The position numbers and the translations under genes are program-made. A DNA stretch of 64,000 nucleotides from Iphione sp. A-MEVVRFRX5 (lineage: Eukaryota), in contig OZ320317.1 of the NCBI GenBank assembly GCA_976226885.1, positions 63,674,001-63,738,000 on the forward strand, given 5' to 3'. Under the pieces are notes generated by a model. The model was not told the origin of the DNA and ran no database searches. It saw only the letters and a program-made list of their open reading frames with translations. How positions within the stretch are numbered: the stretch's first letter is position 1; each line of letters starts with the position of its first letter. Shown in pieces: positions 47,794 to 61,600 of this stretch.

Positions 47794-50700
47794 AGTTACG
47801 TAAAGCATTTAGATAAGCAAGCAACCGACATTATAACCAACTAGTGAATACAGGTGTTGCCATTGGGAATCCCATAGATTGACGTATAGGGAATGCTGAT
47901 GTTGTCACGAAAAGACAGGAGCATTAAAAGTGTTAAACAGCATTCGTAAACATTTAGAGTTATGCTATCAACTTACATCAAAGGTCTTGAGACTCTTTTG
48001 ATGATAATAATAAGGAGAACCGCGTATTGTACAACTCTTTTTATCCATAACGACGGAGTTCATGATGTAAAGTGTGTTCAACAATTCAGTCGCAAGTCGC
48101 GTATGTTTGATTGTGTTTCAAATAAAAAGCTTCTCTGAAGTTCCTTTAAATTCAAAGAACCTTCAGCACTTTCCCTAGCTGCATGGGAGAACATATACAG
48201 GCAGAAAGCCGGATAGGCTGCGAGAGGTAGCTATACGTCTGTAGCTAATTCGGGCTGTACATAGTTGGTTCATTAAGAGACTTTTAACTCAGTTTCATCA
48301 GCTCATTGCACATACTAAAATGGGCACGACCCCACTCTGTTAGAAACAAACTCGCAGGAAATCGGAAGGACAGTCATCAAGCAAAAGGAACTATAGTTTC
48401 CGAAAAAGGATACATACGTCATCGACGTAGTAACATTGTTGGACCAAATTACAAATAAATACCAAATACGAGAGCACAGATAGGAACTACATTCATCGGG
48501 ATGCTTTTCTCCGTTGCTTTAAAAGACATCCGTCTCTAAGCGACTGTAGCCTGCTGCCGAATCACCTAGGTTCTCTTTGACGCTTGTCGAGCGCGCAGCG
48601 AATATATTGCAGCCTCCTTCCTCCTAGACCATCGCCATGCACGACCTATTTAGCGCGGGATTTCTCTTATGGGCCCATCTGTGTCTATTTCCCATGAGAC
48701 GGACATCTTATTATCTTTGTTTGGTGAAAATATGTACACAATTCCCCAAAATATTGTGCGGTTTTCTTTTGATTTTAAGAATAATTCTGGGATTTTATGG
48801 TTATCAAATGAGTAGATACAGTAGAACCCCACATTACAAACAACTATCTATTCGGACACTGCTTAATATTGACAGGCCGGAAACAGAGCCAAATCTCTAA
48901 ATTAATTCAATTCTTGCCTTAACTACATGCTGACAATGGCTTGATATCGTGCGAGTGAGGAATATTGAGTCACGACGCCACTGAAAGAAATCGTGAACGT
49001 TTTGATAATTCTTATACCCCAACTTTTCTTAGTCGCTGCCCATGCGTTATGCCTCTCTCTAACAGTCATCATCGCTAAAATTAACGAATAGTTAAAACCA
49101 TCTAGTTTTCTTCGCGCTTGTGATGGTTGTTCAGTGGAGTCAATATTATTAGCCGTCATGTTCACCTGACTCTCAATCAGGTCCACTTTCTAAAACCACT
49201 TTATAGTTTTCCGAATGTAAACCGATTATCTTTGAATAACTAATTTTTTAGGGGAACGATTTTGGGGTCGAGAGGTCAGTTCCATGTACACTTGAGTATC
49301 ATCCTTCAGGTAGAAATGGCATAAACAAAATTCTCTTGTGTACCTCGTGTGTGCCAGCATCAATGCATCGTGGCATCATGGGATCAGTGCATCAGACCTT
49401 TACGCATAATGCTATGAGACTGTACGTGTGACATACCTAAACATGTGAACCAATACACTAATCAGAGTTCTAATGTGTTAGTTTAAAAGCATTTGTGAAG
49501 ACGATTGACGCACTGAGAGAATGCCCTACATGGAAACACGGCCGTGTGAGTGTACCCAAAATCTTGCCCTTCCCCAACACTGTATCCCCTGTTCATAGGT
49601 CACAGCAATGACATGTCGTAATCATGAACTACAAATCCACTATGAAACTGCTATAAAACGGATTTTTTAAGTCTCTTTCAAACACATCTCGATAGTAACG
49701 CAATAATGAGGATAAACAGCCTGGTGACAGTTGTTGATGTCATAGATCTGGCCCCATTGTGCTCGGGATCACTCTGAGAAACTCCTTTACTAAAGGCACG
49801 TAACGCTAACAGGACTTCTCATAGTTTTGGACTTCATATTTGGAAATAAATTATCTGTATAGAAATGGCTGTTACATTCTTTAGAATTGGCTTTAGATTC
49901 AAAAGAAAAAGAAAAAGTTGCCACAGTAAAAAAGGTTACATGTACTTTGTTAACGGGAACTAATTTTGTCAAACATAGGAATCATTATAAGAGGATTTGT
50001 ACCGTGGTAAATATGTTGATCTGCAAAAAAAGCTCTTAGTTATCGAGATGAGGCTGTATGTGTGTCAAACCTTCATAATTTATAACAACGTTTTCACACA
50101 TCTGGTTTAAAAACGATAAGGACTGGATTACTGCGACCTGTACGCCGTCCATGTCGTAGACTTGCATACATTCAACTTATATAAGCCTACTTGATAAAAG
50201 GTCTTAAAAGACATAGCCTTGACTGGTGGTTTCATAATAACAACGACTGTTTTGATTGTGATACATCACTGTTTATATTACATTAGTAGGCATTTGTTGT
50301 CATGCAAGAACTAGAACTTGACGCATTCGAATCAGTCACTTCTGGCCCGTGACCTCATGACATCAGATCTGACAAAACGCGCTGTGTCAGTGGGGGGGGG
50401 GGGGGCAGTGAAAATGACATTCAACTGTCGTTCCGAGATTTTGTCAGGCAATATTTTTTGTTTTCTTTTCTTCTCCTTCGCTTGCTATAATATATGGGTA
50501 AATGTAATTTAGAGCTGGACAGATTCCTGTCGTGCAAATGAATGATCTCGGGACGGTAGTAGTGTGGTAGGTGAAATATTTGTACACCTATATAGATTCT
50601 CCTGTTTCTTTTTTGCTCGTTGTTTTACCTAGCTTCGGCTCAGAGAAGGATGATGTAAAATGTTTTGATAACAATGCATCTATATGTATATTCTGATCGA

Positions 50701-53140
50701 TTTGCAAGTTCTGCCTCTTTCCTTTCTCTCATCGTCGGTTATCTATTAATTAATTTGGAGTGTGCGTCTTTTTGGTGAAACCGGCTTCGTTTGGGAAGGC
50801 TTCCTTTCGAGGAAGCAGCCATGGAGAAAAGAAAACTCGGTGGTATGCTTACCTGGTAAATGGGTCATATCCGAAGAGGATAAACCCACTAGAGCCAAAT
50901 AAATTAAGGTCATGTTTCCGTAAATGCAATTTGTGTGCATGCGTGAAGAAAATAGGTGAGAAGATTTTTCCAGACACTTCCTACACGGGGTATTTATATG
51001 AATACACATGTGCCCCTTAGTGTCAATGTGTTTATTAGCATTAGGATCCAGACCAGAGACTTAACGAATAGCGAAATCTACACAGATTTGGCTTACTTTC
51101 GAACGGAGAAAAAGGCAATTTACAGATTTTTCTTGAATTGGAAAAAAGTTCACAAATAAGTACAATCATACACAGATTTGGCTTAGGTTCCAAGCGATTA
51201 CACACTCATACACCCACACAGCCTGATTCAAACTAAAACCTTCAAGTGCTACTGGTGCCTGTGCTTTTTGCCCATACACATGCCCCCCCCCCACACACAC
51301 ATGCACCATGCACTAATGGAAAATGCCCCTAAGGCATAAGTCCAGTAAATAGACCGTCTTTTATATTTAGGATATGAAGTGTATTATTGCCTTCATAAAA
51401 GAAATGTGATGTTTATGTAGTTGGAGGAAATTCGCAGCTTCCCTGTCGGATATTCCTGAATGAGACTTGAAAACATTTTCTGCAGTATCCCCAGTACGAA
51501 AGCATAAGCACAGATTTTTCTTTGAAAGATGGATGACAAGAAATCGTGATTATGTTATTACTGTGAATGGTTGACAAATGTATAAGCCTCCTTCGTGGAA
51601 AAAATTATGGGGGGGCAACAGGAATATTTTCTCGGATATTTATTTGAAACTTTGTTTAATGTACATGTATTCTAATTGAGCCGGTCGCATGAGTAAGCCT
51701 CATTATTTGCCACACAAGGTTTATACCCATATAAATCAGGTGACTAGCATAACAATACTCAATCAGATATAATCATGGCACGTAATAAAACGGTTTCAGC
51801 AGCCCTAATTCTAAAATGCTTTACTAGGCTTATCAGAATAGATAGATTTGTGGTACCACAGAAATGAACCCGCTAGAGTATTTCATAATAGGACCGAAAC
51901 TCCCTCTTTTTCTCTGTTTCTGTCAATGTATGTCCATCTCCTTTTGCATGAAAATTGTATATATGTGCATTCCGATCCATATGCGCCAGAGGTACAATTT
52001 GGCAATCACTGAGCAACGGAAGCCTTCGAAGCATTAGCGTGAGAAGAGTACTTACAAACAACACTAAAAACCCCCTTCTATTTGAGCGTTGCATGCCAAT
52101 TAATCTGGCGAGTATTCGATACAAAAATGCATTAGTGTTATTTATATTGCGTTAGTTGGAAACTAAATCCATGCCTTGCTGAGAATCAAATAATCATGTG
52201 TAAAAACATCAACAAAGACAAAATAATAGTGGTTTCTTTAGAATCTGAGTGAACACGATAACCATTCAGCGAGAAACTCCAATTTGCGATTAGTAAAAAA
52301 TGCTGTCCCCCCACCCCTCCTGCTGTCTTGATTAAATTAATAAACAGGTCTAAACTGGTCGAAACAAGCTGAAGCAGGTTTAACCTAAGGAGAGAGGCTG
52401 ACTGACCTTTCAGTTAATGGTTTATGGTGGTGAGTTAGAACGGAACCTCTCGCTCTATCATTAGGCCATGAACCTTGATAGGGAGAGCATGTCCTCCAAG
52501 GAAAATGTCAGCATGTTGGACGAGGTGCTGTCAAGGAAGGATATCCTTTTTTATGGTAATATGGATGAAGAAACGAGCGGTTGGCGGTAGGGTGGTGCTG
52601 GGAGCAGCGCATGAATGTCAACCAGGGTTGTCAGGTAGGAAAAGGGATGCGCACATTTGAATACCTGCAAGGATATTTTTATTGGTTAGATTGTGATCAT
52701 ATGAACTGGTCAACGGCATGCGGGTTTTCAATCCTAGTAAACTGCCAGCAAGGACAAACCATAGCTCATGACAATAATCCAACCCAGCTGCCCAGTTTGG
52801 AGGGATTGAAGCAAGGGTTAAAGATAAGTACACTGTATTACAAAGCAGGTATGCGGTGTGGCACACGTATACGAGAGTCAATTACTTTTTTAACAGTTAC
52901 ATGAATTAAAGCAAAGTAAGAAATTAAAATACGCATAGATCACGCAAAAGCTATCCCTGGTAAGTAACTGTCTTAAAGAGAGAAAATGAAGAGCAAGTTA
53001 GGATTACTTTAAGAAAGCCTTTCGATGATCGGACAAAAGGCCACTAGCATATAAAAAGTTCGTGCCAACGGGATTTGACAAAATATTTCAGTAATTCAAA
53101 AAGAATTCTTTGCAGTAGACAAAAGTGTACGATTGATAGC

Positions 53141-53361
53141 ATGTCATCATATCTCAAATCTTTTGAAATACACGTTGGCGTTATTTTGTATGTAATCATA
53201 TGTTGTTACTTTCTCAAATCACACATTTCTGTTTTGAATGAGATTGAAAGTGAATGGTATGTATGTCATCATATCTCAAAGCTTTTGAAATACACTTTGG
53301 TGTAATTTTGAATGTTATCATATGCTGTTACTTTCTCAAGTCACATATTTCTGTTTTGAAT
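53141..53361. repeat. Local tandem duplication, 2 x ~99 bp (period 122)
   Basis: ATGTCATCATATCTCAAA.CTTTTGAAATACAC...TTTCTGTTTTGAAT at 53141-53239 and 53263-53361. Confidence 0.88.
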
Positions 53362-54739
53362 TCTGTCCTTATGGAAAGTTTTTTTCGATTTGTGAATATC
53401 TTCAGACTGAATAAAGTTAGAGACATATACTATACACCATTTTCATTATCTGTCACCTGATATATATTTCATTAAAATATGAACGAGTGAGGTGACAGTA
53501 TCAGGCTTGACAAGGACTAACTATCGGTTTCAAGAGGGATTTTTGTATCTCATTACAAAAAAAAAGAAACCATCAACTGACCGATCCTATAATTTTTCAC
53601 CGTATTACCAGAAACAGATTATTTTAGGCCTAACTAGTCCTTATTATTGCATAAATTTCGTTAGTAGTAAAAACGTAAGGATAGGAAAACTCAGGTCAGG
53701 CATAATATAATTGATACTTATATCAACTGAAAGTACTGGATAAAATACTCATTCGATGTACAGTTATCTCCAATTGAAACTAAAATTGACATGAATAATA
53801 ATATTGCCACCCAGGCATAAAGGGATGGGCTTCACCACACAACCAAAAATCGTTTACTATAGAACCTAAATTTTTTAGCATGTTAAGGAAGGCTTTAATT
53901 CAAGTAGGTGATTTTTGCTGTGCATACGAAAAATGTTCTTCATCTATGTGTTGAGCCTAGTGTTAGCTATAGGAATCATGAAGAAAAGGTTCTTTTCTCA
54001 CTTAAAACGTTTTTCTTATTTTAATTTTCTTCTAATAACTAGAAAATTATTTATGGCTGAGCAGTGTCGATACGAATATTTCATGTGGGTGTATATTGAC
54101 AACAATTAGTCATGACTGATTGAAATGTTATACCTTCCAAAAGTTTCACATGTGTATCTTTAAATTTGACCATAATTATGCTGCTGTAGCGATATACATT
54201 TCAATTTCTCTTGAGGACATTGCCATCATATGTGGCGTATTGCACTCCACATGGAGATATCAACTGTGTATTTTCTACATTTACTTACTGCGCAAATACC
54301 ACATATGTCACTCATCCAGTCCGAAATATACCAGAAACAAATTTAGAACAAAATATTCTTCACTTTACACAAACCATCATAATTATAATATGTTTTAAAG
54401 TCAGAGAATCATGTCAGCAGTTATTTAGAATGTTTTAGATAAAATAATTGACAAGCAATATCTGTTTTATTCTAAATAGACAATGTCAAGATACGTGGGT
54501 TTCTCTCTTTTGAAGTGCAGGGGGAGTGTGTCTGTTTATTTACAGTTCATTTTCCCGCTGGATGGATTATGATATTATTTCTTTGATAGCATTCAGCCAT
54601 ACATTCCCATATGAACTGCATTCCCTCCTGCAGACCAACACAATATATAATGCACTACGTACTTTGACTGCACAAAAATATTTAACCCACCACAAGCAAC
54701 AATCCCCCTTGAACATAGGCCTTGTATGGGAGTAGCATA

Positions 54740-54871
54740 TCTATGGACAGACTGGAAACAGAACCAAATCTATATGAGCATGTTTAAATACCCCTGCTAT
54801 AAAGCACACCCCTCTTTATGGACATGTTTTGGTCAGCCCTGTGCTGTCCGTAGTAGAGAGGTTTGACTGTA
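54740..54871. mobile_element. Right end of a Tc1/mariner-type (CAGT.../TA) MITE; related left-end fragment at 48819-48900
   Basis: Ends AGAGAGGTTTGACTG|TA; TA|CAGTAGAACCCC at 48817; both share GGAAACAGARCCAAATCT. Confidence 0.4.
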
Positions 54872-55420
54872 CATTTTTGCAATTGAACAACATCATAGGT
54901 ATTTCATAATACATAATCTGGTAACATTACAGAAATGGTAGAATACTAGACTCAGGATACGGTAACATGATCCGGTATGGAACTTGATTATTTATGACAC
55001 AATTCTGACGTCGGATCATGGTGAGGGGTTTGATCCTGTGTGAACGCAAGTCCTGGAGGAGGTGGACCTGCTTCCACTACACACCATTACCTACACACTA
55101 CCACCTTAAACTACCCTTTATTCATCCCCAGCATTACCCACCATCTTCCTGGTATCATATTTTATCAAACAATAATACCCAATGATATCGGATAGTCTAC
55201 CTTACCGGAGTTAATAAACTCTTTCTCTCATATTCTCTCTATGTGACATGCTCTGGGCACACGAGCATTCAGCATCATAGATGCAGTACCAAGCAATTCA
55301 TTCATGGAGTAAAATGATTCCAAAATGATCCTTGATATGGTTTCCACCAATGCTGTAAAACTGTGTATTTTCACTGGCTGTGAGTCTATTTTGATGTCAC
55401 AAAAGGCAAAACACATGGCA

Positions 55421-55770
55421 GGGGTGAGATTTACCTCAGTTGGTAAGATTGCTGACTAGCTGATTGAGATGTCACAGGTTCAATCCCAGGACTGGGACTC
55501 TTAATCATGAACAGACAGATTTATTGTAGCCCCGACCCAGAGTAGTCCACAACTTGCAGTATAGGATGTGGATCATTCCATCCCCTAGGCATAAAAAGAC
55601 CTTAGCAACCTATCCAAATAAGAATAGAGGATAACACTGGATAGTGTGACCTCTCTCTCCTCAATTATAGATAGTAGTGTGCTACTCCAAGAGGATATGG
55701 AAGAACAGCTAAAATAATAGCTTAATATATAGTTTCTGGTCAAAGATACAAAGAAAATAAAATTAAATGA
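55421..55770 (+). mobile_element. tRNA-derived SINE, copy B
   Basis: A-box-like TACCTCAGTTGGTAAG, B-box GGTTCAATCCC at 55477; body homologous to copy A. Confidence 0.8.
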
Positions 55771-57369
55771 ATTTGTAGTGGTGTCATGGCCAACTCACCG
55801 TTGGGCCATTCTTGGCTATTTGCCAAAATTAGTATGGCTCAAATGCAAAGAGGAGAGTAATATTAACAGTGGAGCAAAGTTAGATATTCTTCAAAACGAA
55901 TAAATTTAACAGCACAAAATAATAAAAACAAGACTACACTGTTCCACACATGCTGACAATTATTTTCCCGAAGATACCGTCTCTAGAAGGATGGGGTAAT
56001 TTTTGTCTTGACGCCATTGAAGTACATAGATCAAGGGAACGCTTTATAGTGTGGGCGATAATTAGAGAAGTCTGATCCTATATCTTGTACTTATCCATAC
56101 TTAGCTTCTTAACGTGGTGTCGTTTGATAAAAATGGGTACCTCTTATAGGATACAACAGGAAGAGCGAATATATATATGATAATATATATGATATATAAA
56201 ATATCAAGTTGATATATGTCGTATTGTATGCGAATGTTGGCATGTTATTCAGTATCCAGGTAACCAGTCATGTCATCCTTTTATAATGATATTTATATGA
56301 TTTATGTCTGTCCAGAAGTTGTTGGCAATAAAGGTAAAATAACTGTCAGTAGTATAGGACGGGCATCAGTGTGAGACCTGTTTGGAAACCATCCATGTCT
56401 TGGTGACAGTATGTGGTGAATAAAAATCTCAAATCTCGCATACCTTTGCGAAATACTAGGCAAGTGTTATCCTCAACTACGAGGTAGACTCATTCGCAAA
56501 ATGCATTAAAGGAAACTGAAAGATGCACGAACAATTTGCCAATTTCTTCGCTGTACTGTCTTAGTTGAGTTAAGACCTGCCTGTCGGCATTACTTAATGT
56601 GAAATGGAGGTACGTTGCAGTTACAGAGTGGGCACCCCTTGAAAGCCGCAACAATGGCCGTCCTTAGTAGTGCGTTAATGCACACGTCTGGATACCCACA
56701 ATACAGATCTAACAGTAGGGAGGGGGAAACAGTGCTGGATATTCTACTAGGAACGTTTGGTCACAGAGCTTAGCTAGAGAGATCCAAATGAGCAAGCCTC
56801 TCTCAGTCCGCATCAGTCGTTGTCCCGCAGCTGTGGAACTCTACTCTGGACTACTACTTTTTTCTGTACAGAGACCTTCTACGTAATACCGGTATTAAGC
56901 ATCGTCACTCCTGGGACGGTTCCACGGGATACCTGCATTTTACTTCAAATACTTCTTGACACAATTTCTATTCAAACTATTCATCCGGTATGCCTTTTGG
57001 TACAACCATGCGTTAGAAGTAAACATCCAGTTGTGCATTGATTAAGTCGCCTGTCTGTCCACCAGTATCCCCCTTGTACCACTTACTTCTCAACACACAA
57101 TTCACCAATCGCTTCCATTCATTGCGCCTACGCACGAACCGATGAAATATTGTTTGTTGTTTTTTTTATATAAATTTCGCTTATGATGCCGCCCGCCTAT
57201 GCCAGAGTTTACTTTCTGATCATAAAGAAATCACGTTGCATTGGCTCAAGCCAATTGCGATGTACGTCAGTGATTGGCTAATCATTACAGCAGCCGTATA
57301 TTAAACCAAAGTGGTTCTTGCTTACTCTCGGAATTTGGCTTGCTAATAATTTGTTGTACATTATCTAGT

Positions 57370-57790
57370 ATTGTAATTGTAATTGTAATTGAAAACTTTT
57401 ATTGAGCATATTCGTCATATACTGTAATACATGATGTTAATGAACAATGCTCAGCTGTGTACAAACTCTCATTCCCTTTATTCGGCGGCTGATATGCTAA
57501 CAATGTTTTGTTTAATATACCTCTTAATCACAATTTTATCTTTCGAAAGTATGTTGCTGGGTAATCTGTTTCAATACACACTAGCTTTATAGATGAAACT
57601 CCTTTTATACTGCTCCAATCTTGGTTTTAGTAGATGCAGCTGTATCTTTCCTCCAGTCCTTGTTGCCGTTCTCTGCTTTCTCTCACAAAAATCAAGTTTA
57701 AATAGATCAGTTACTGTTAGTAACGATAGATAAATCATTCGCATGTGCAACGTAAAGATTTGTCTTTCTTGTAACCATTTCTCAACCAGG
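57370..57790 (-). mobile_element. 3' end of a CR1/L2-group LINE (minus strand)
   Basis: Minus translation TRTGGKIQLHLLKPRLEQYKRSFIYKASVY*NRLP (probable W-to-stop); AATAAA followed by an (ATTACA)n tail at 57370-57403. Confidence 0.7.
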
Positions 57791-57791
57791 T

Positions 57792-57841
57792 CGCGTAGGT
57801 TATTTGTACAAGTAAATCATCTTGTACAAATAACCTACGCG
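57792..57841. repeat. Perfect 21-bp inverted repeat with an 8-nt loop
   Basis: CGCGTAGGTTATTTGTACAAG-taaatcat-CTTGTACAAATAACCTACGCG. Confidence 0.95.
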
Positions 57842-58543
57842 TATTTGCTGTTTTCTCGTTTCCTTACAGGTCGTTCCTTTAATGTGTATTCAAAAGAATA
57901 ATTTCCAGGCAATACTTTATGTACGCAAAAAATTGCAGCATGAAGTCAAATTCAAATTAGATGATCTCTACATCTAATTGTTTTTTGTCAACCTGGATAA
58001 ACACTGTGACAAAATAGGCTGCTGGCATGAAATTTATATATATAGGTGTGTGTATAATTATCTTGAATATTGCTTACATCTTCTCCGCTCGAAGAAATTT
58101 TGTTTTCATGGCCTGCTATAATGTCATCACTTTGGGAATGCGGTTTTGCAACCTTATCCTCCAAAATGTTTTTTATACGTCACGCTTCAAACTTGGGTTC
58201 TTCGCCTCGGGTGTGAAATAAAAGGAAGTACAGAACTGCCATAGCTATATACAACCTTGCCTGTATCCTCTCACGTTCTGTCCCTTCTTGTAATCTACTG
58301 CAACTCACTCACTCCGGTTTGACCCTTTCTGTTCTCTCTTACCGCATGTTTGGTATAAGCGAAGCGGCTCTAGTGGAAAGCGTTCACATTGCTGAAGGTG
58401 TGTTGGTCTGCGCATGGGGGCCCAGGTGACTATACCTGACCCAAGGAACGATCGATACGCCACTTGAGCAATGTTTGTTGGACTTAACTACGCCATCTGG
58501 TGAGTGGCTGGATCAAAGTGTCTCAAGAGCTTTCCTATATGAG

Positions 58544-58556
58544 TATAGTACATGAG

Positions 58557-58610
<54 letters not shown>

Positions 58611-58637
58611 GAGAGAACATAGTACATGAGAAAAATG

Positions 58638-58688
<51 letters not shown>

Positions 58689-58690
58689 CA
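58544..58690. repeat. Duplicated (GA)n microsatellite module
   Basis: Two copies of ATAGTACATGAGAAAAATGAG(AG)n. Confidence 0.9.
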
Positions 58691-61600
58691 GACAGAGCGG
58701 AACAGAGCAATGAACGGAGAGTACTAAGGTCATTGTCAAGGAAATAAAACCAATAATTATACAGGAATGTCAGATTGTGTCCAAGGAGATTGGACTAAAG
58801 AGATAGACAGATCGCACTAAACGAGAGGAATCGACATTGTTACTTTACCACAATGTACCGATTTCTTTCCTCTTTCCTATTTATCCCTATCCCCTTAAAG
58901 TTTCTTCATTGGTTCACTGGAAGGCCACATTGTCATCTATTTAAGGTGAATAAAGCGTAATCATTACAATAATTATTAAAGTGTTAGTGGAGGAGGTAGC
59001 GGGTGAGGTGTCATTCAGCTGGGGTAGAAGAGGGCGAGGCCAAAATATGGAAATGAAGGAAATAAGAACAAGGATTTACCCCGAGAAAACGCTAGAGATG
59101 TTAATGGAGAAGTTCAAAGAAATTATAGTCGGAGAGAGGAATTCTCAGACGGTCAGATGCAGGTGTCACGATGTAAGTCTATTTCTATCATGCCTTGGGA
59201 AGAAGTCTAAGTGTGTTTTATCCAGAGACGCCTTTCTCCTTTTCCCGAAAGCAACCCGTATACACATTAAGCACCTACTATTGGTGTGCTTTGGTGGAGA
59301 CACCACGTCAAAGGCGCCTGCAGGGGACATTGATTCCCCTAGCCTTTGAACTCTGATCCATGGTTGTCAATCGTTCAATGTGGCCGCACTGCTAGCATGA
59401 CTGTTTAGCCAGAGTGTACAAGCTTTGGTACCTCTGACATCTGTAGGTTCAAGGAAACGCTCCGGGTCACTTTGTGGTGAGCTCTCTTCCTCACCGCTTC
59501 CCTCAATCTTCTCTCGACCATTAGGCTTTCTCCATTGTAGGATTACTAGTGGTTAATTGATGAAGGAGGGCACAACACATGGTCCATGACCCTAGTAATG
59601 AGCTTTCACTGAGGCACCTGCAAACTCAAATGTAAGCCCTACTTAACAACCTTATTTATCGAGAAAGAGAAAAGCAGAGTGACAGAGACAGAGAGCGAGA
59701 AGCAGTAAGAAAGATAGAGAGAGCGAGAAACTTCGACAGGTTGGTCTGCCTTAATTCTTCGATGTCACCCTCTATGGCACAGTTGTTTACGTGGCTAGTC
59801 CAATTCAGGATCTCCTGGTACGACGACGCATGTTTAAAAAGAAATCTGTTTGCATTATTTTATCAGTTTACGTGGCAACCAGCGCAGCATTTTACCTCGT
59901 TGGTCATTCTTTTAACGAAAAATGACTTTCGAATTGAGCAACCCTCAGCATGCATACCTCTTAACTATGGGGATAAATTTTCTGTAACACGTCCTCAGAT
60001 ATCGAGGTCCAGCTTGTTGGTTCAGCAACAAGCGCAAACGTGAGCTAATTTCTCTGAAATTCGCCAGCAAGCCACGGCGCACGCTTTTGAAAGCGGGTCA
60101 TGTATTTCGTTTCTTTTTTTCCTGTGATTTTCTTTCTATCGGACACCTACCGTCTCATATTCCCTTTCAGAAATGTAGAGATTTTTTTTGGATTAGAAAT
60201 GCTTTATTTGACGATCCCCGTATACTTTGGAAATCGCCCATCTAAAAGAAAACCCGTCGGGCTGTATTTTTGCACTCTTATTTAATGTCAGTGCTTTAGT
60301 AAACCAGTACTCTCTTACTAGTTAGAGTCAGACTGATACAAATGCAAAGCACAATGCAATTGATTTTAGATCCATATCAAAAGTTGAAGAGTGACATTAA
60401 CTTTTCCAAAGTACTCTTGAATCCAGCATTTTGAAGTGTGTGCTTCTGCCTGCATAAAAAGGCGGAGGATTTTGAAGGATACTTGTAAAGCAGCACCTTT
60501 CCCCACCTGTTATAAATGCACCCGCCCACGGAATACCGTCTCGTCTCCATGGTTTGCCCCCTTTTCCAACATGGCGCACAGCGTTCACGTTTACATACGG
60601 ACTTATGAATGCCTTATAGTTGACATAATATTATGCTTTAGCTGTTAACAGTTAAAGAGAAACAGTGATCTGTAGAGGTCGCCTTCTATTCTTTTGGTCA
60701 AGGGAAGACTCGGAATAGATCAGCTCATTGCAACGTGGGTTGTTTGGTTTATAACCAACTAAAATATTTCGCATAATGTGGCACAATTTGCTGGACAACA
60801 GAAACCAACACTTTCCTGAAAATGAGGGTTGTGCTTGACTTAATAATTTCCATATTGCTTCACGCTTTGTGCAGATATGAATAGAAATTGGTTCCTTGGG
60901 AAACCATGGGTTGCTTCCTAAGTACCTATTCTGTATTTTTGTAACTATCTGCCACTGGTAAGTGGTACACTGACTCTGTCGATAAAACATGGTTATACAC
61001 AATATACTTTAGATAAATAAATCTGTCTATAAATATATTATCATATATCCAGTCTCAATATTGATAACCCATTCTATTACTATGAATTATCTTCAAGTTT
61101 TCTGCAGATCAGTCCTATTTTTCACACCTTTACTTGTACCGTGCATTAACAGTAGGCAAAAAGATGAGAAAGTAAGAATCCTTAATGATTTAAATTCCCG
61201 AACGTCTGAAAAGAAAAACAGATCTGACTGGGAAAAAGTCAGCACCAGCATCCATTTCAGTTCCAGGAGGTACGATGACTGATCATGCGACAACTGTCGC
61301 ACGATCAATCAGCAACCGATCGACACGCACCTAATTGTCCAAAATCATGCCCATGTGTTAGATGCAAAATCCGAATAATCATCAGGATGGGGGTTAGATC
61401 ATTTTCGATAGGCATCAACTTCAAAAGGAAGTTAGATCTTTCTTAATGCACCATTCTGTTCTAAACTAGTCTGTTTTGCATCGGGCTTAAATGACCGTAC
61501 TGAGGACATTGGTTCCAAGGCTGTAACTGGGTGCTCACATAAAACAGAAGAACGGAGCCATATCGAAATGCTGTATGTTCCCTTTTGCATTCTGAAAGAA

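Noticed and set aside
49265-49278. GGGTCG-AG-AGGTCA DR2-like site
   Set aside because: A single imperfect half-site pair with no supporting context.
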